A stretch of DNA of 64,000 nucleotides from Spirochaetia bacterium (GTDB lineage Bacteria; Spirochaetota; Spirochaetia; SP-2023), in assembly GCA_965225855.1 (NCBI GenBank), contig CBDDCK010000005.1, forward strand, positions 1,632,001 to 1,696,000. Direction: 5' to 3'. A program made the position numbers and the translations under genes. Below the pieces are notes generated by a model that worked only from the letters and a program-made list of their open reading frames with translations, ran no database searches and was not told the origin of the DNA. Positions 38,430-48,039 of the stretch are shown here, piece after piece. Each line of letters opens with the position of its first letter. Within the stretch, counting starts at the first letter, position 1.

Positions 38430-39383
38430 ATGGCAAAAGGGAATTGGGATCATGATATTGTTGTTATTGGTGGTGGGGCTGCTGGTCTTACGGCAGCACA
38501 ATATGGCGCACGAGCAAATTTAGATACGTTATTACTGGAACGATATGCTTTTGGTGGGCAAGCTTTAATTATTTCAGAATTGGAAAATTATCCAGGTTTT
38601 CCCGATATAATTACGGGCTTTGAGTTTTCTCAGCGTATGGAACAGCAAGCAAGGAATTTTGGTGCACAGTTACTGGTAGATGAAGTCTTGGGATTACAGC
38701 GTGATGAAAATTTATTTATTGTAAAAATTAGAGAAAAAGAAATTCTTACCCCTGCAGTTATACTGGCTACCGGTGCTATGCATCGGCCTTTGGGTATTCA
38801 AGGTGAAGAACGTTTAGTTGGTCGTGGAGTATCTTACTGTGCTTCTTGCGATGGCCCGTTTTTTAAAAATAAGAAAATTTTAGTCGTTGGTGGTGGCGAT
38901 GCTGCTTGTGATGAGGCCCATTATCTTTCCAATATTAGTGATAAAATCGTATTGATCCATCGCCGCAATCAATTTCGTGCCCAAGATGCTTTGGCTTCTC
39001 GCGTTTGCAATAATCAAAATATTGAGGTTCGGTTATCGCAAGTTGCTTTGGAGATTGTTGGAGAAAACAAAGTAGAAAAAGTCCGCTTTCAAAAAGTTGA
39101 TTCGGGCAACACCTATGAAGAAGATTTTGATGCTGTTTTTGTTTTTGTTGGTTCTATTCCCACTACGGGGCTGGCTTTTGCCGAAATAATAAAAGATGAG
39201 CAAGGTTTTATTCAAGTTGATGAGCATATGGAAACGGCTGTTCCTGGTTTTTTTGCCATTGGAGATGCTCGGCAGACACCATTTCGTCAGCTAGCTGTAG
39301 GGGTAGGCGATGCTGCTTTGGCCGCGCATGCTGCTGCACATAGAGTGGAAGAGTTTTGTTGTCATAAAGCTTTGTTGTCATAA
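38430..39383 (+). CDS. trxB: Thioredoxin-disulfide reductase
   Basis: IGGGAAGLTAA, ENYPGF, GVSYCASCDG, VGGGDAA, HRR, FAIGD. Confidence 0.95.
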   Translation: MAKGNWDHDIVVIGGGAAGLTAAQYGARANLDTLLLERYAFGGQALIISELENYPGFPDIITGFEFSQRMEQQARNFGAQLLVDEVLGLQRDENLFIVKIREKEILTPAVILATGAMHRPLGIQGEERLVGRGVSYCASCDGPFFKNKKILVVGGGDAACDEAHYLSNISDKIVLIHRRNQFRAQDALASRVCNNQNIEVRLSQVALEIVGENKVEKVRFQKVDSGNTYEEDFDAVFVFVGSIPTTGLAFAEIIKDEQGFIQVDEHMETAVPGFFAIGDARQTPFRQLAVGVGDAALAAHAAAHRVEEFCCHKALLS

Positions 39384-39473
39384 ATTAATTTGGAGCTGGA
39401 CAAATGGAAAGGCTTGGGGATTTAATCGCTTAGCCCATTCCATTGTCTACTTTGTCGGAATTAAAGAAATTTA

Positions 39474-40940
39474 CTAATTTGTTTTCCAGTCGTCAATTTG
39501 CTTTTGCAACTCGGCACGAACTTTCTCATAACCCGCATCATCAAGACGTTGTTGCAATTCGGCTAAAAGTTCATCGGTATCACGTAAACCAAAGAGCAAT
39601 TGATCATTATACTCTTTAGTAATATTAGAAATAGCCGCTATTTCTGTGCGAATCGGGCGAATATCTGCGGAAAAGGACGCAATAGTGGGCACCACTGCGG
39701 AAGCTAAGGCGTTGCGCTCTTGTTGCACCAAATCCTCAGGAGAACCCTGTTTCAATGTATTGGCTGGATTGCCCCACAATTTAAATTCCCAAAGATGGCG
39801 GGTGTATTCCGGAGATTCGGCTAGCTTGGCAAAAACTCCGTTTTCATTCCAGCTTTTGCCTTTAACACCCCATTGTATGGTGGCTAGAACATCTTTATTG
39901 GTAAAAATAAATTCCATCATCTTCAGGGTTTTGGTCGTATCTTCACCGTTGGCCATCACACCGTGGTAAAAATCGGGTACTAAAACCTGTGGATAAATAG
40001 ATTGAACGGAATAGAAATTAATTAAACCACCATCGCGCTTATTTGGCAGATATTCATTGTAAGGAATATCTGGTTTGTGTACCTGTGGCATAACCAACCA
40101 ATCTGGATATTCACCACTACCCACGCGGTCAAACCCTTCACTATCAGGAGAGAGAACCCAACCATTCAAGTTCCATTGACGGATTCTTCGGTAGTTTGCG
40201 ACCATATCCGGTAGAGCATACAAATTCTTGACTTGCATATTCGCATCATCGGGTTCGACCACCCAAGGAGAAATTCTATCGGTAAGTATAGGCACATAAT
40301 AAAAGGCCCCTAAAAACCATCTGCCCGGGTCGGTAAACCCAGCATTGCCAGACTTCTCAAGGTATTCTTCTAGTATTGGTTCTAAGGCTTCATAATCGCG
40401 AATATCGGCTACTCTATCGCTAAATCCGTATTTATCGGCCTCTTGCTTGTGCCAACGCAAACCGCTATTAAAGGCATTGAATATCGGCAGAGCACCAATC
40501 TCTCCCGCAACAGTCATTGCTCCCCATTGTTCTGGGGTATATAACCTGTATAAATCTGGTGCCTGCTCCGGCAAAAGCTGCGATATATCGGCAAAAGCTC
40601 CTCGCTGCATAAAGGCCTTATAAGGGATAATATCGGTAAAGGTCATAGCTGCATCTATGCGTTCACCGGCACTAATTAATGTATTCAATTTTGTAGCATA
40701 ATCGCCCCAACCGACTTTATTAAAATTTACCTGCATAGATATATTGTCGGCCGCCATTTTATTAATTTCGGCCTCCCAAGCATCCCAGTCTTTGCCCGGG
40801 TCTCCGGGAATATAGTATTCTATGGTAAACATTTCAGCAGATGTTTCCTCTTTTCCAGAACTTGCCGAACTTGTTTTTTTACCACAAGCAAAAAGCAGTA
40901 CGAAAGCCACAAAAGCTAACGCCAATATTTTTGGTTTCAT
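39474..40940 (-). CDS. Carbohydrate ABC substrate-binding lipoprotein (LplA/DUF3502-like)
   Basis: Lipobox LLFAC; WGDYATKLNTLISAGE; AGYEKVRAELQKQIDDW end. Confidence 0.88.
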   Translation of the reverse strand: MKPKILALAFVAFVLLFACGKKTSSASSGKEETSAEMFTIEYYIPGDPGKDWDAWEAEINKMAADNISMQVNFNKVGWGDYATKLNTLISAGERIDAAMTFTDIIPYKAFMQRGAFADISQLLPEQAPDLYRLYTPEQWGAMTVAGEIGALPIFNAFNSGLRWHKQEADKYGFSDRVADIRDYEALEPILEEYLEKSGNAGFTDPGRWFLGAFYYVPILTDRISPWVVEPDDANMQVKNLYALPDMVANYRRIRQWNLNGWVLSPDSEGFDRVGSGEYPDWLVMPQVHKPDIPYNEYLPNKRDGGLINFYSVQSIYPQVLVPDFYHGVMANGEDTTKTLKMMEFIFTNKDVLATIQWGVKGKSWNENGVFAKLAESPEYTRHLWEFKLWGNPANTLKQGSPEDLVQQERNALASAVVPTIASFSADIRPIRTEIAAISNITKEYNDQLLFGLRDTDELLAELQQRLDDAGYEKVRAELQKQIDDWKTN

Positions 40941-40990
40941 TTATGAAAACCTCCTATTATTTATTATTATGGGCATGAGCCCTTAAATAT

Positions 40991-41890
40991 TTAAGATTTT
41001 ACGGCCCCAACAGTGAGACCAGAAATAAAATATTTCTGAAAAAACGGATAAGCTATCAATATTGGCGTAGTTGCAATAACATTCAGGGCCAGCTGCATCG
41101 TAATACTTGGCGGACTCTGGTGTACCGTACTACTCACAACGCCGGCATTTTGAGTAAGGTAGAGAATCGCACTGGTGATTCTCTGTAATAAAGCCTGAAT
41201 CGGCAGTAATTTAAGGTCTTCTATATATAACATGGCATTAAACCAATCATTCCAATAAGCCAGCATATTAAAAAAGGCAATTGTAGCAATCCCAGCTTTG
41301 GATAGTGGTGCAACAATTTGAAACAAAATGGTGTAATGGTTGGCACCATCCATTTGTGCCGACTCTATTAGGGAAGAATGAACACTCATTTTTATAAAGG
41401 TGCGAAGTACAATAATATTAAATGGATTTACCAGCAGAGGCAGAATTAAAGCCCATAAAGAATTTCTCAAACCATATACTTGCACCATGAGAATATAAGA
41501 AGGCACTAAGCCAACATTAAACAGCATTGTAAAAAAGATAATAAAGGTAATGCTATTTCGCCAGGCAAAGTCTGCATTAGAAAGTGCGTAGGCACATAGA
41601 AGAGCAAGCAGCACGGAAATAACGGAACCAACTAAGGTAATCGTTATGGTTACTCCGTAAGAATAAATGATTTGCAGGCCGGCTAAATCAAAAAGATACT
41701 CATACGCCCGAAGACTCCAAATATCGGGAAACAAACGATAGCCATTCTGGAGCAAACTTGCTTCATCGGTAAAAGAGCCTATAAAGGTTAACGCTACAGG
41801 ATAAACTGTTATAAAAGCCAACAGACCAACAACGATAACTAGAATTAAATGGTGGAATGGATGAATATCCTGATTTAGAGAATGCCGCAT
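40991..41890 (-). CDS. Carbohydrate ABC permease (LplC-like)
   Basis: SLIESAQMDGA EAA loop; AYWNDWF; YPFFQKYFISGLTVGAVK. Confidence 0.92.
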   Translation of the reverse strand: MRHSLNQDIHPFHHLILVIVVGLLAFITVYPVALTFIGSFTDEASLLQNGYRLFPDIWSLRAYEYLFDLAGLQIIYSYGVTITITLVGSVISVLLALLCAYALSNADFAWRNSITFIIFFTMLFNVGLVPSYILMVQVYGLRNSLWALILPLLVNPFNIIVLRTFIKMSVHSSLIESAQMDGANHYTILFQIVAPLSKAGIATIAFFNMLAYWNDWFNAMLYIEDLKLLPIQALLQRITSAILYLTQNAGVVSSTVHQSPPSITMQLALNVIATTPILIAYPFFQKYFISGLTVGAVKS

Positions 41891-41927
41891 ATAAAACTCG
41901 CTTAAATCTTGCTATATACTTAATGGC

Positions 41928-42893
41928 TTAAAATAAAGCCGATTCGGGATTGATTTTCCGTACCCAGAGATTGGTTAGATAGACCAACACTAAACCAACT
42001 AAAGATTGATACAAGCCCGCTGCAGTTGCCATACCAATATCATTTAGCTTGACAAGGGCCCGGAAAACATAAGTATCAATAACGGTTGTTACCGGGAATA
42101 ATATACCTCGGTCTCCGGGGAGAATATAGAACAAACCAAAGTCCGCAAAGAAAATACGCCCTACTGCCAAAATAGTCAAAATAGTCATAATCGGTACTAA
42201 AGAAGGAATAGTTAAATAAATGATTTGGCGGAACTTACCAGCCCCGTCTATGCGGGCAGATTCATACATGCTAACATCTATTCCCGACAGCGCAGCCAAA
42301 TAAATAACCGAACCAAAACCCACTGTCTTCCAGAAATTAACCGTGATCAAAATGTAGGGCCATTTATTAGCTTCATTAAACCAAGCAATAGGTTCACCCC
42401 CCCAACGCACTAAAAACTGGTTGATTAAGCCATTATCGGTGGAAAGGAAGGCGAACGCAAAAAAGCTAACCGTTATCCACGAGAGAAAGTTGGGCATAAT
42501 CAGGATAGTTTGCGATGTTTTAGAAAACAGCCTGAAGCGGATCTCATGGATAATAATAGCCAAAGTAACACATAACACCAAACCGACAAAGATAAATACA
42601 AAGTTGTATGCCAGTGTATTACGCGTCATAACCCAGGCATCTCTGGTATGAAACAAAAACTTAAAATTCTCCAGCCCCACCCATTCACTATTCTGCAGGG
42701 CATAGAGGAAACCTTTTCTGCTGGAGCGGAAGTCTTGAAAGGCCATTAGCAGGCCGCCCATTGGCAAATAACGGAACAGCAGTAACCACAGCAAGGTAGG
42801 GGCACACATACTCAACAAAACCCAATTTTCTTTTTTCTTTAGGGAGGCAAAGCGTTTAGTACCCTTCTTGCCGATTGGTCTTGACAAATCCAT
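41928..42893 (-). CDS. Carbohydrate ABC permease (LplB-like)
   Basis: WVGLENFKFLF, WKTVGFGSVIYLAAL, MYESARIDGA, VIDTYVFR. Confidence 0.92.
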   Translation of the reverse strand: MDLSRPIGKKGTKRFASLKKKENWVLLSMCAPTLLWLLLFRYLPMGGLLMAFQDFRSSRKGFLYALQNSEWVGLENFKFLFHTRDAWVMTRNTLAYNFVFIFVGLVLCVTLAIIIHEIRFRLFSKTSQTILIMPNFLSWITVSFFAFAFLSTDNGLINQFLVRWGGEPIAWFNEANKWPYILITVNFWKTVGFGSVIYLAALSGIDVSMYESARIDGAGKFRQIIYLTIPSLVPIMTILTILAVGRIFFADFGLFYILPGDRGILFPVTTVIDTYVFRALVKLNDIGMATAAGLYQSLVGLVLVYLTNLWVRKINPESALF

Positions 42894-42906
42894 CTACTTC
42901 TTCCGT

Positions 42907-44025
42907 TTACGTTATTTCATCTACATTTACTAAGCGTCCCCGTTCGCTATGAGAAACAAAACAAGCATCGAGCACCCGTTGAATTTTAGCCCCGCGTGCA
43001 AAGTCCGGTTGCTGCGTATCACCTGTCTGGATACTCTGGACAAAACGCTCATAATTATCGGGCGTAGCTGGGCAGTGCACCGTATACCAATGTCCCCGGT
43101 CTTTATTTTCTTCATCGCAAAGCTGTAGTATACGCGGGCTTTTATCAAGGTTGATTTTGATACCACCCTTAGTGCCATGAATGGCCAAGTACAAAGAGTT
43201 CAGACGCCCAGTCCCCCACCTAGTGGTATGAATGCTTGCTAAAGCTCCATTTTCCAGTCGTGCGCTAACCAGTGCAGAGTCGTTGGCATCTAAAGTATAC
43301 TCCCCTTGCTGCTTGCCCTTGATATTCTCAAATGTTTGCAGCATGCACTGAACGGTTGCAATATCCCCCGCCTGCTGACTTACCGGGAAACTGGCAAAGT
43401 CCAAAATGTGTACGCCAATATCCCCCAGAGCACCTTTACTGCCATGTGCGGAAGAAAGACGCCACAACCAGGTAGGGTCGTCGCGCCATTCACGGCAACT
43501 AAGAAAACTTTGTAAATAGCGCGCTTCCATATGGACAACCTCGCCAATCTCGCCACTAGCCACAATTTGCTGGGCCTGCTGTAGAGCCGGCGCCACCCGA
43601 TAACTGAAGTTGACCATATTGCGCAGACCGCTAGCTTGAGCCGCCGCAACCATACGCTGGGCCTCGCCATAGTTCACAGCCAGAGGCTTCTCACATAAAA
43701 CATGCTTGCCTTTTTCTAAGGCGGCAATACTAATCGAAGCGTGAAAAGGGTCGGGCACAATAACGCTAACGGCATCAATATCGGGGTCATCAATCAATTG
43801 CTCTGCATCGGAATACCTTTTGGCAATGCCAAATCTATTGGCAAAGTCGGTCAATACCTCTGGGCGCAAATCACAAACGGCCTCAACCGAACAACCCGAA
43901 TCGGCTTGCGCCGTTGTGCCGTTGTGGCCTATTCTCTGGTAGGCCTCTACATGGGATGGCCCCATGAAGCCCGTACCAATAAGCCCTAAACGAAGGCGAG
44001 GCATAGTTTCTATTGAATTATCCAT
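42907..44025 (-). CDS. Gfo/Idh/MocA family oxidoreductase
   Basis: GLIGTGFMG, GKHVLCEKP, GALGDIGVHILD. Confidence 0.93.
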   Translation of the reverse strand: MDNSIETMPRLRLGLIGTGFMGPSHVEAYQRIGHNGTTAQADSGCSVEAVCDLRPEVLTDFANRFGIAKRYSDAEQLIDDPDIDAVSVIVPDPFHASISIAALEKGKHVLCEKPLAVNYGEAQRMVAAAQASGLRNMVNFSYRVAPALQQAQQIVASGEIGEVVHMEARYLQSFLSCREWRDDPTWLWRLSSAHGSKGALGDIGVHILDFASFPVSQQAGDIATVQCMLQTFENIKGKQQGEYTLDANDSALVSARLENGALASIHTTRWGTGRLNSLYLAIHGTKGGIKINLDKSPRILQLCDEENKDRGHWYTVHCPATPDNYERFVQSIQTGDTQQPDFARGAKIQRVLDACFVSHSERGRLVNVDEIT

Positions 44026-44512
44026 GTGCTGTATTATATCAAGAGATCATATTTTAACAATTTAGCAACAGTATTTTTATGTAAAAAAGGTTATCGTTGT
44101 TCCACGGCTGCTAGCTGGTATAGTGCTAATTTTTGGCATCGGTTTGCTTTGCTGCTTGAAGGTTAAAGGCTAGGCTATCCATAGCGTTGCGTAGGTTGGT
44201 GGTGGCTTGCTGCAAAAATTTCTGCTATAAGCACTGCCAACCTCACTATTTATAAGCACTGTTGAATTTGCTGGTGCTTGTTTTGTTGTTGCTTGTCCAT
44301 TTGGGCCTACTATTTTATAGCCATTATCGTAGGGCAATTCTACTGTAAGTTTAATTGCTGATTATATGGTTTACAATCTGTTTAGGCTGTACTGCGCTCA
44401 TAACCACTTAGCCGTCTAAAGCCTGTAATTCGGCTTTCAAACTTTTTGTTCTTTTTAGCTTGGTTGTTTCAGCCTTTGGCTATATTGGCTTCCCGTATTT
44501 ACCAAGGCTATA

Positions 44513-44565
44513 ATTGGCCTATTGCAGCCTTGATAAAAAACTTACCAAGGCTGCAATTGGCCAAT
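44513..44565 (-). terminator. Long 3' hairpin downstream of paralog 2
   Basis: Homologous to 10447-10500 with one stem mismatch. Confidence 0.7.
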
Positions 44566-44600
44566 GCAAGCGTTGCAACAACCAAACCTTACTTAAATAA

Positions 44601-47336
44601 TTAAAAAACTTGAATACTAGTGGTTAGGTCTTCTGCGCTACCAGGTACAAATTCTGCTGCTGCTTCAAAGTTATATGCACCATTATTATCACTTTTACCA
44701 GCCTTAACCAGTATCTTCTCGACTTCCGCTTTTACACTACCGCTTAAAGTAATCCTTAAGAATGTTGCATCTGCTTTAGAACCTGTGGCTTTGTCTGCAC
44801 CTACAGTTGAGTGCTGTGGTAATTGGTATCTCTTCTTACCATCACCGGATACAAGTGTCAATTTGCTAAAGTCCCAGTCTGCAACTGCTGTCGGTAACCT
44901 GTTACCAATAATCTCTAACCGGCCTCTATAAGCTATATATAATACTCTGTCGATCTGGCTTGTGTAGCCACTAACGGTAATCGGGTTGCTTGTGTCTCCA
45001 GCGCTACCAGGTACAAATTCTGCTGCTGCTTCCAGGTTGTATGCACCATTATCATCACGAACACCATCGTTAACCAGTATCTTCTCGGCTTCCGCTTTTA
45101 TACTACCGCTTAAAGTAATATATAAGTAGATTGCACTTACATTAGAACCTGTGGCTGTGTTTTCACCTGCAGTTGCGTGCCGGGGTAATGTGTATCTCTT
45201 ACGACCATCACCGGATACAAGCGTCAATTTCCTAAAGTCCCATCCTGCAACTGTTTTCGGTAAATTCTTACCCTGAATCACTAACTGGCCTGTATTAGCA
45301 TCGTAGGTTGCATTGATGATGCTGGCTGTATACCCGCTAACGGTAATAGGATTGGTTGTGTCTTCTGCGCTACCACCTGCAAATCCTGCTGCTGCTTCCA
45401 GGTTGTATTTACCATTAGCATCACTATCACCATCGTTAACGAATATCTTATCGGCTTCCACTTTTGCACTACCTCTTAACTCAATAGATAATTTTATTGC
45501 ACTTACATTAAAACCTGTGGCTGCGTTTACACCTCCTGAGTGCTTGGGTAATTGGTATCTCTTACTACCATCACCGGATACAAGCCTCAATTTCCTAAAG
45601 TCCCAGCGATGCACTGTTGACGGTAAATTGACACCTGTAATCACTAACACGCCTGTAACACCACTGTAGGTTGCACGGGTAATTGCGGGTGCGGGGTTTC
45701 CACTAACGGCCAAGGCTTTGGCTGTATCTAAACCCACCCAACTACCAGTGCCAACGCTAAGCAACCCATCTTTTCTACCATTGGTATTCATACCGTCCTT
45801 GCCATTCAGAATAGCTTTATCGGTATCGGTAAGGTAAAGCCAAAGCGCTGTGCCATCTCTTTTCATGCGGTACTTACCTTTTGCAAGACTGCGACTATCT
45901 GCCCCAGTGGCTGTGGTATCTGCAGTATAGGAACTTAAGGCTAGGTCATATACCGTGATGGTTTGGATTTGGGCTTGGGTCGCAGTTGTAGGACTTAAGT
46001 TAGAACCTTGTACGGTTAACAGCGCCGTGCCAACATTGTAGCTTGCACGGGTAATTGCGGGGTTTCCACTAACGGTTAAGGCTTTGGCTGTATCTAAACC
46101 CGCCCAAGCACCAGTGCCAACGCTAAGCTTACCCTTTTTTAGACCATCGTTAGCCATACCGGGCTTGCCATTCAGAGTAGCTTTATGTCGATCGGTAAGG
46201 TAAAGCCAAAGCGCTGTGCCATCGTTTTTCATGCGGTACTTACCTTTTGCCAGACCGCGACTATCTGGCCCAGTGGCTGTGCCATCTGCAATATAGGAAC
46301 TTAAGATTAGGTCATATACTTTGATGGTTTGGATTTGCGCTTGTTGCGCACTAGCTAAGTGAGTACCTTGTACAGTTAACAGCGCCGTGCCAACATGGTA
46401 GCTTGCACCGGTAATTGCGGGGTTTCCACTAACGGTTAAGGCTTTGGCTGTATCTAAACCCGCCCAACTACCAGTGCCAACGCTAAGCAACCCTTTTTTT
46501 AGACCATCGTTAGCCATACCGGGCTTGGCCTGAAGAGTAGCTTTATGTCGATCGGTAAGTTTCAGCCAAAGCGCTGTGCCATCGCTTTTCATACGGTACT
46601 TACCTTTTGCAAGACCACGACTATCTGGCCCAGTGGCTGTGCCATCTGCAATATAGGAACTTAAGACTAGGTCATATACTTTGATGGTTTGGATTTGTGC
46701 TTGGGTCGCACTAGCTAAGTCAGTACCTTGCAAGGTTAACAGCGCCGTGCCAACATGGTAGCTTGCACGGGTAATTGCAGCTTGTTCGACTTGTTTGGCT
46801 TGTTCAGCTTGTTCGTCTTGTTCGACTTTAGCTTGCTTAGGCGACTGCTTACCGGGTACATTCCTAACGGTTAAGTCTTTGGCTGTATCTAAACCCGCCC
46901 AACTACCAGAGCTAACGCTAAGCAAGCCTTTTTTTAGACCATTGCTACCCACCTTGCCATTCAGAGTAGCTTTATCGGCATCGGTAAGTCTAAGCCAAAG
47001 CGCTGTGCCATCGCTTTTCATACGGTACTTACCTTGTTCAAGACCGTTACTATTTACCCCAGTGGGTTTGGCATCTGCAGTATAGGCACTGAAGGCTACA
47101 CCATTTGTTCGGCTTCCTACCCTGATAGTTTGGATTTGCGCTTGTTTCACACTGGTAGGACTTAAGTCAGTACCTTGTACGGTTAACAGAGCCTTGCCAA
47201 CATCGTAGATGGCGTTATTGATAGTCGGCCCAGACGGCCCAGAAGATGGTGCATCGTCATCGGGTGGGGCGCAGGCCAAGGCTATAAAGGCCAGTAGCAA
47301 TGCTAATGGCAATAAAAATAGTTTGTGCTTATACAT
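44601..47336 (-). CDS. Modular Ig-like-repeat surface lipoprotein, paralog 2 (A-linker-A-A-A-B-B-B)
   Basis: Lipobox FIALAC; internal repeats with about 360-bp period (boundaries near 46775, 46415, 46055, 45685); same domains as paralogs 1 and 3. Confidence 0.88.
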   Translation of the reverse strand: MYKHKLFLLPLALLLAFIALACAPPDDDAPSSGPSGPTINNAIYDVGKALLTVQGTDLSPTSVKQAQIQTIRVGSRTNGVAFSAYTADAKPTGVNSNGLEQGKYRMKSDGTALWLRLTDADKATLNGKVGSNGLKKGLLSVSSGSWAGLDTAKDLTVRNVPGKQSPKQAKVEQDEQAEQAKQVEQAAITRASYHVGTALLTLQGTDLASATQAQIQTIKVYDLVLSSYIADGTATGPDSRGLAKGKYRMKSDGTALWLKLTDRHKATLQAKPGMANDGLKKGLLSVGTGSWAGLDTAKALTVSGNPAITGASYHVGTALLTVQGTHLASAQQAQIQTIKVYDLILSSYIADGTATGPDSRGLAKGKYRMKNDGTALWLYLTDRHKATLNGKPGMANDGLKKGKLSVGTGAWAGLDTAKALTVSGNPAITRASYNVGTALLTVQGSNLSPTTATQAQIQTITVYDLALSSYTADTTATGADSRSLAKGKYRMKRDGTALWLYLTDTDKAILNGKDGMNTNGRKDGLLSVGTGSWVGLDTAKALAVSGNPAPAITRATYSGVTGVLVITGVNLPSTVHRWDFRKLRLVSGDGSKRYQLPKHSGGVNAATGFNVSAIKLSIELRGSAKVEADKIFVNDGDSDANGKYNLEAAAGFAGGSAEDTTNPITVSGYTASIINATYDANTGQLVIQGKNLPKTVAGWDFRKLTLVSGDGRKRYTLPRHATAGENTATGSNVSAIYLYITLSGSIKAEAEKILVNDGVRDDNGAYNLEAAAEFVPGSAGDTSNPITVSGYTSQIDRVLYIAYRGRLEIIGNRLPTAVADWDFSKLTLVSGDGKKRYQLPQHSTVGADKATGSKADATFLRITLSGSVKAEVEKILVKAGKSDNNGAYNFEAAAEFVPGSAEDLTTSIQVF

Positions 47337-47435
47337 AAGCAATACCTCCAACAATGGATAAAGATTAGCCAACCCATACGGGCTAGTCTGTAAATCCCTA
47401 TTTTGCTAGGGGGGGTGTTGCGTCAAGGCCTATAT
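47337..47435 (-). promoter_or_regulatory. Conserved promoter/leader of paralog 2 with C7 tract
   Basis: Reverse complement: ttgacgcaacaccccccctagcaaaatagggatttacagactagcccgtatgggttgg...ggagg. Confidence 0.6.
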
Positions 47436-47482
47436 AAGGCTTTTTGTAAGTTTTTTTGTGTTTTTTATGTTTGGGCACTTTC

Positions 47483-47626
47483 AATCTACCTAAGGAACTT
47501 CAATTTATCTTTCACAATATTGCAGCGGGTGAATATAGCGTTATCTTAAAGACATATTACTCTGGAAGCATCAAATCTACCAAAGAAAAGCAAGCCTTAC
47601 TTTCACTACAATTTAGCGTAACGTAA
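47483..47626 (+). pseudogene. 3' remnant (47 codons) of the HU/DUF4469 gene
   Basis: NLPKELQFIFHNIAAGEYSVILKTYYSGSIKSTKEKQALLSLQFSVT* is nearly identical to the C-terminus of 60893-61618; no start codon. Confidence 0.92.
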
Positions 47627-47650
47627 TAGGCTATAAAGCTATATTATATC

Positions 47651-47683
47651 AAGCCAGCTTTATCTATATGGCTGGCTTTTTTT
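47651..47683 (+). terminator. Terminator of the DUF4469 remnant
   Basis: aagccagc-tttatctatatg-gctggctt followed by a T run. Confidence 0.8.
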
Positions 47684-47697
47684 ATGGTTGTTAGTGC

Positions 47698-47920
47698 CTT
47701 GCTATAATATAACTTTCCGCATTCGATCAATCTATTGATCGGCCTTGCTATAATACAGCTTTCCGCACTCGATCAAGGTCTTGATCCAACTTGCTATAAT
47801 ATAACTTTCCGCATTGGATCAAGGTCTTGATCCAACTTGCTATAATATAACTTTCCGCATTGGATCAAGGCCTTGATCCAACTTGCTATAATATAACTTT
47901 CCCAATTCGATCAAGGCTTT
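47698..47920 (+). repeat. 46-bp palindromic tandem array (about 4.8 units)
   Basis: Units at 47698, 47744, 47790, 47836, 47882: cttgctataatataactttccgca-ttGGATCAAGgtCTTGATCCaa. Confidence 0.97.
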
Positions 47921-48039
47921 GCTCTATTGCGCTTGTTTGTAATTGCATGCCTTTCGGCAAGTTATTTTTAACAAAACCTAAAGCGTATATTGTTTGAGCG
48001 CAATATCCCCTCTGTATTTGTGGTAGCACTGTCTCAAAT

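Noticed and set aside
44601..47336. Diversity-generating retroelement acting on the lipoprotein repeats
   Set aside because: No reverse transcriptase is present, and the differences between repeats are not visibly confined to adenines.
47698..47920. CRISPR array (also considered for 60593-60822 and 10625-10843)
   Set aside because: Units are contiguous near-identical repeats with no unique spacers, and there are no cas genes in the window.
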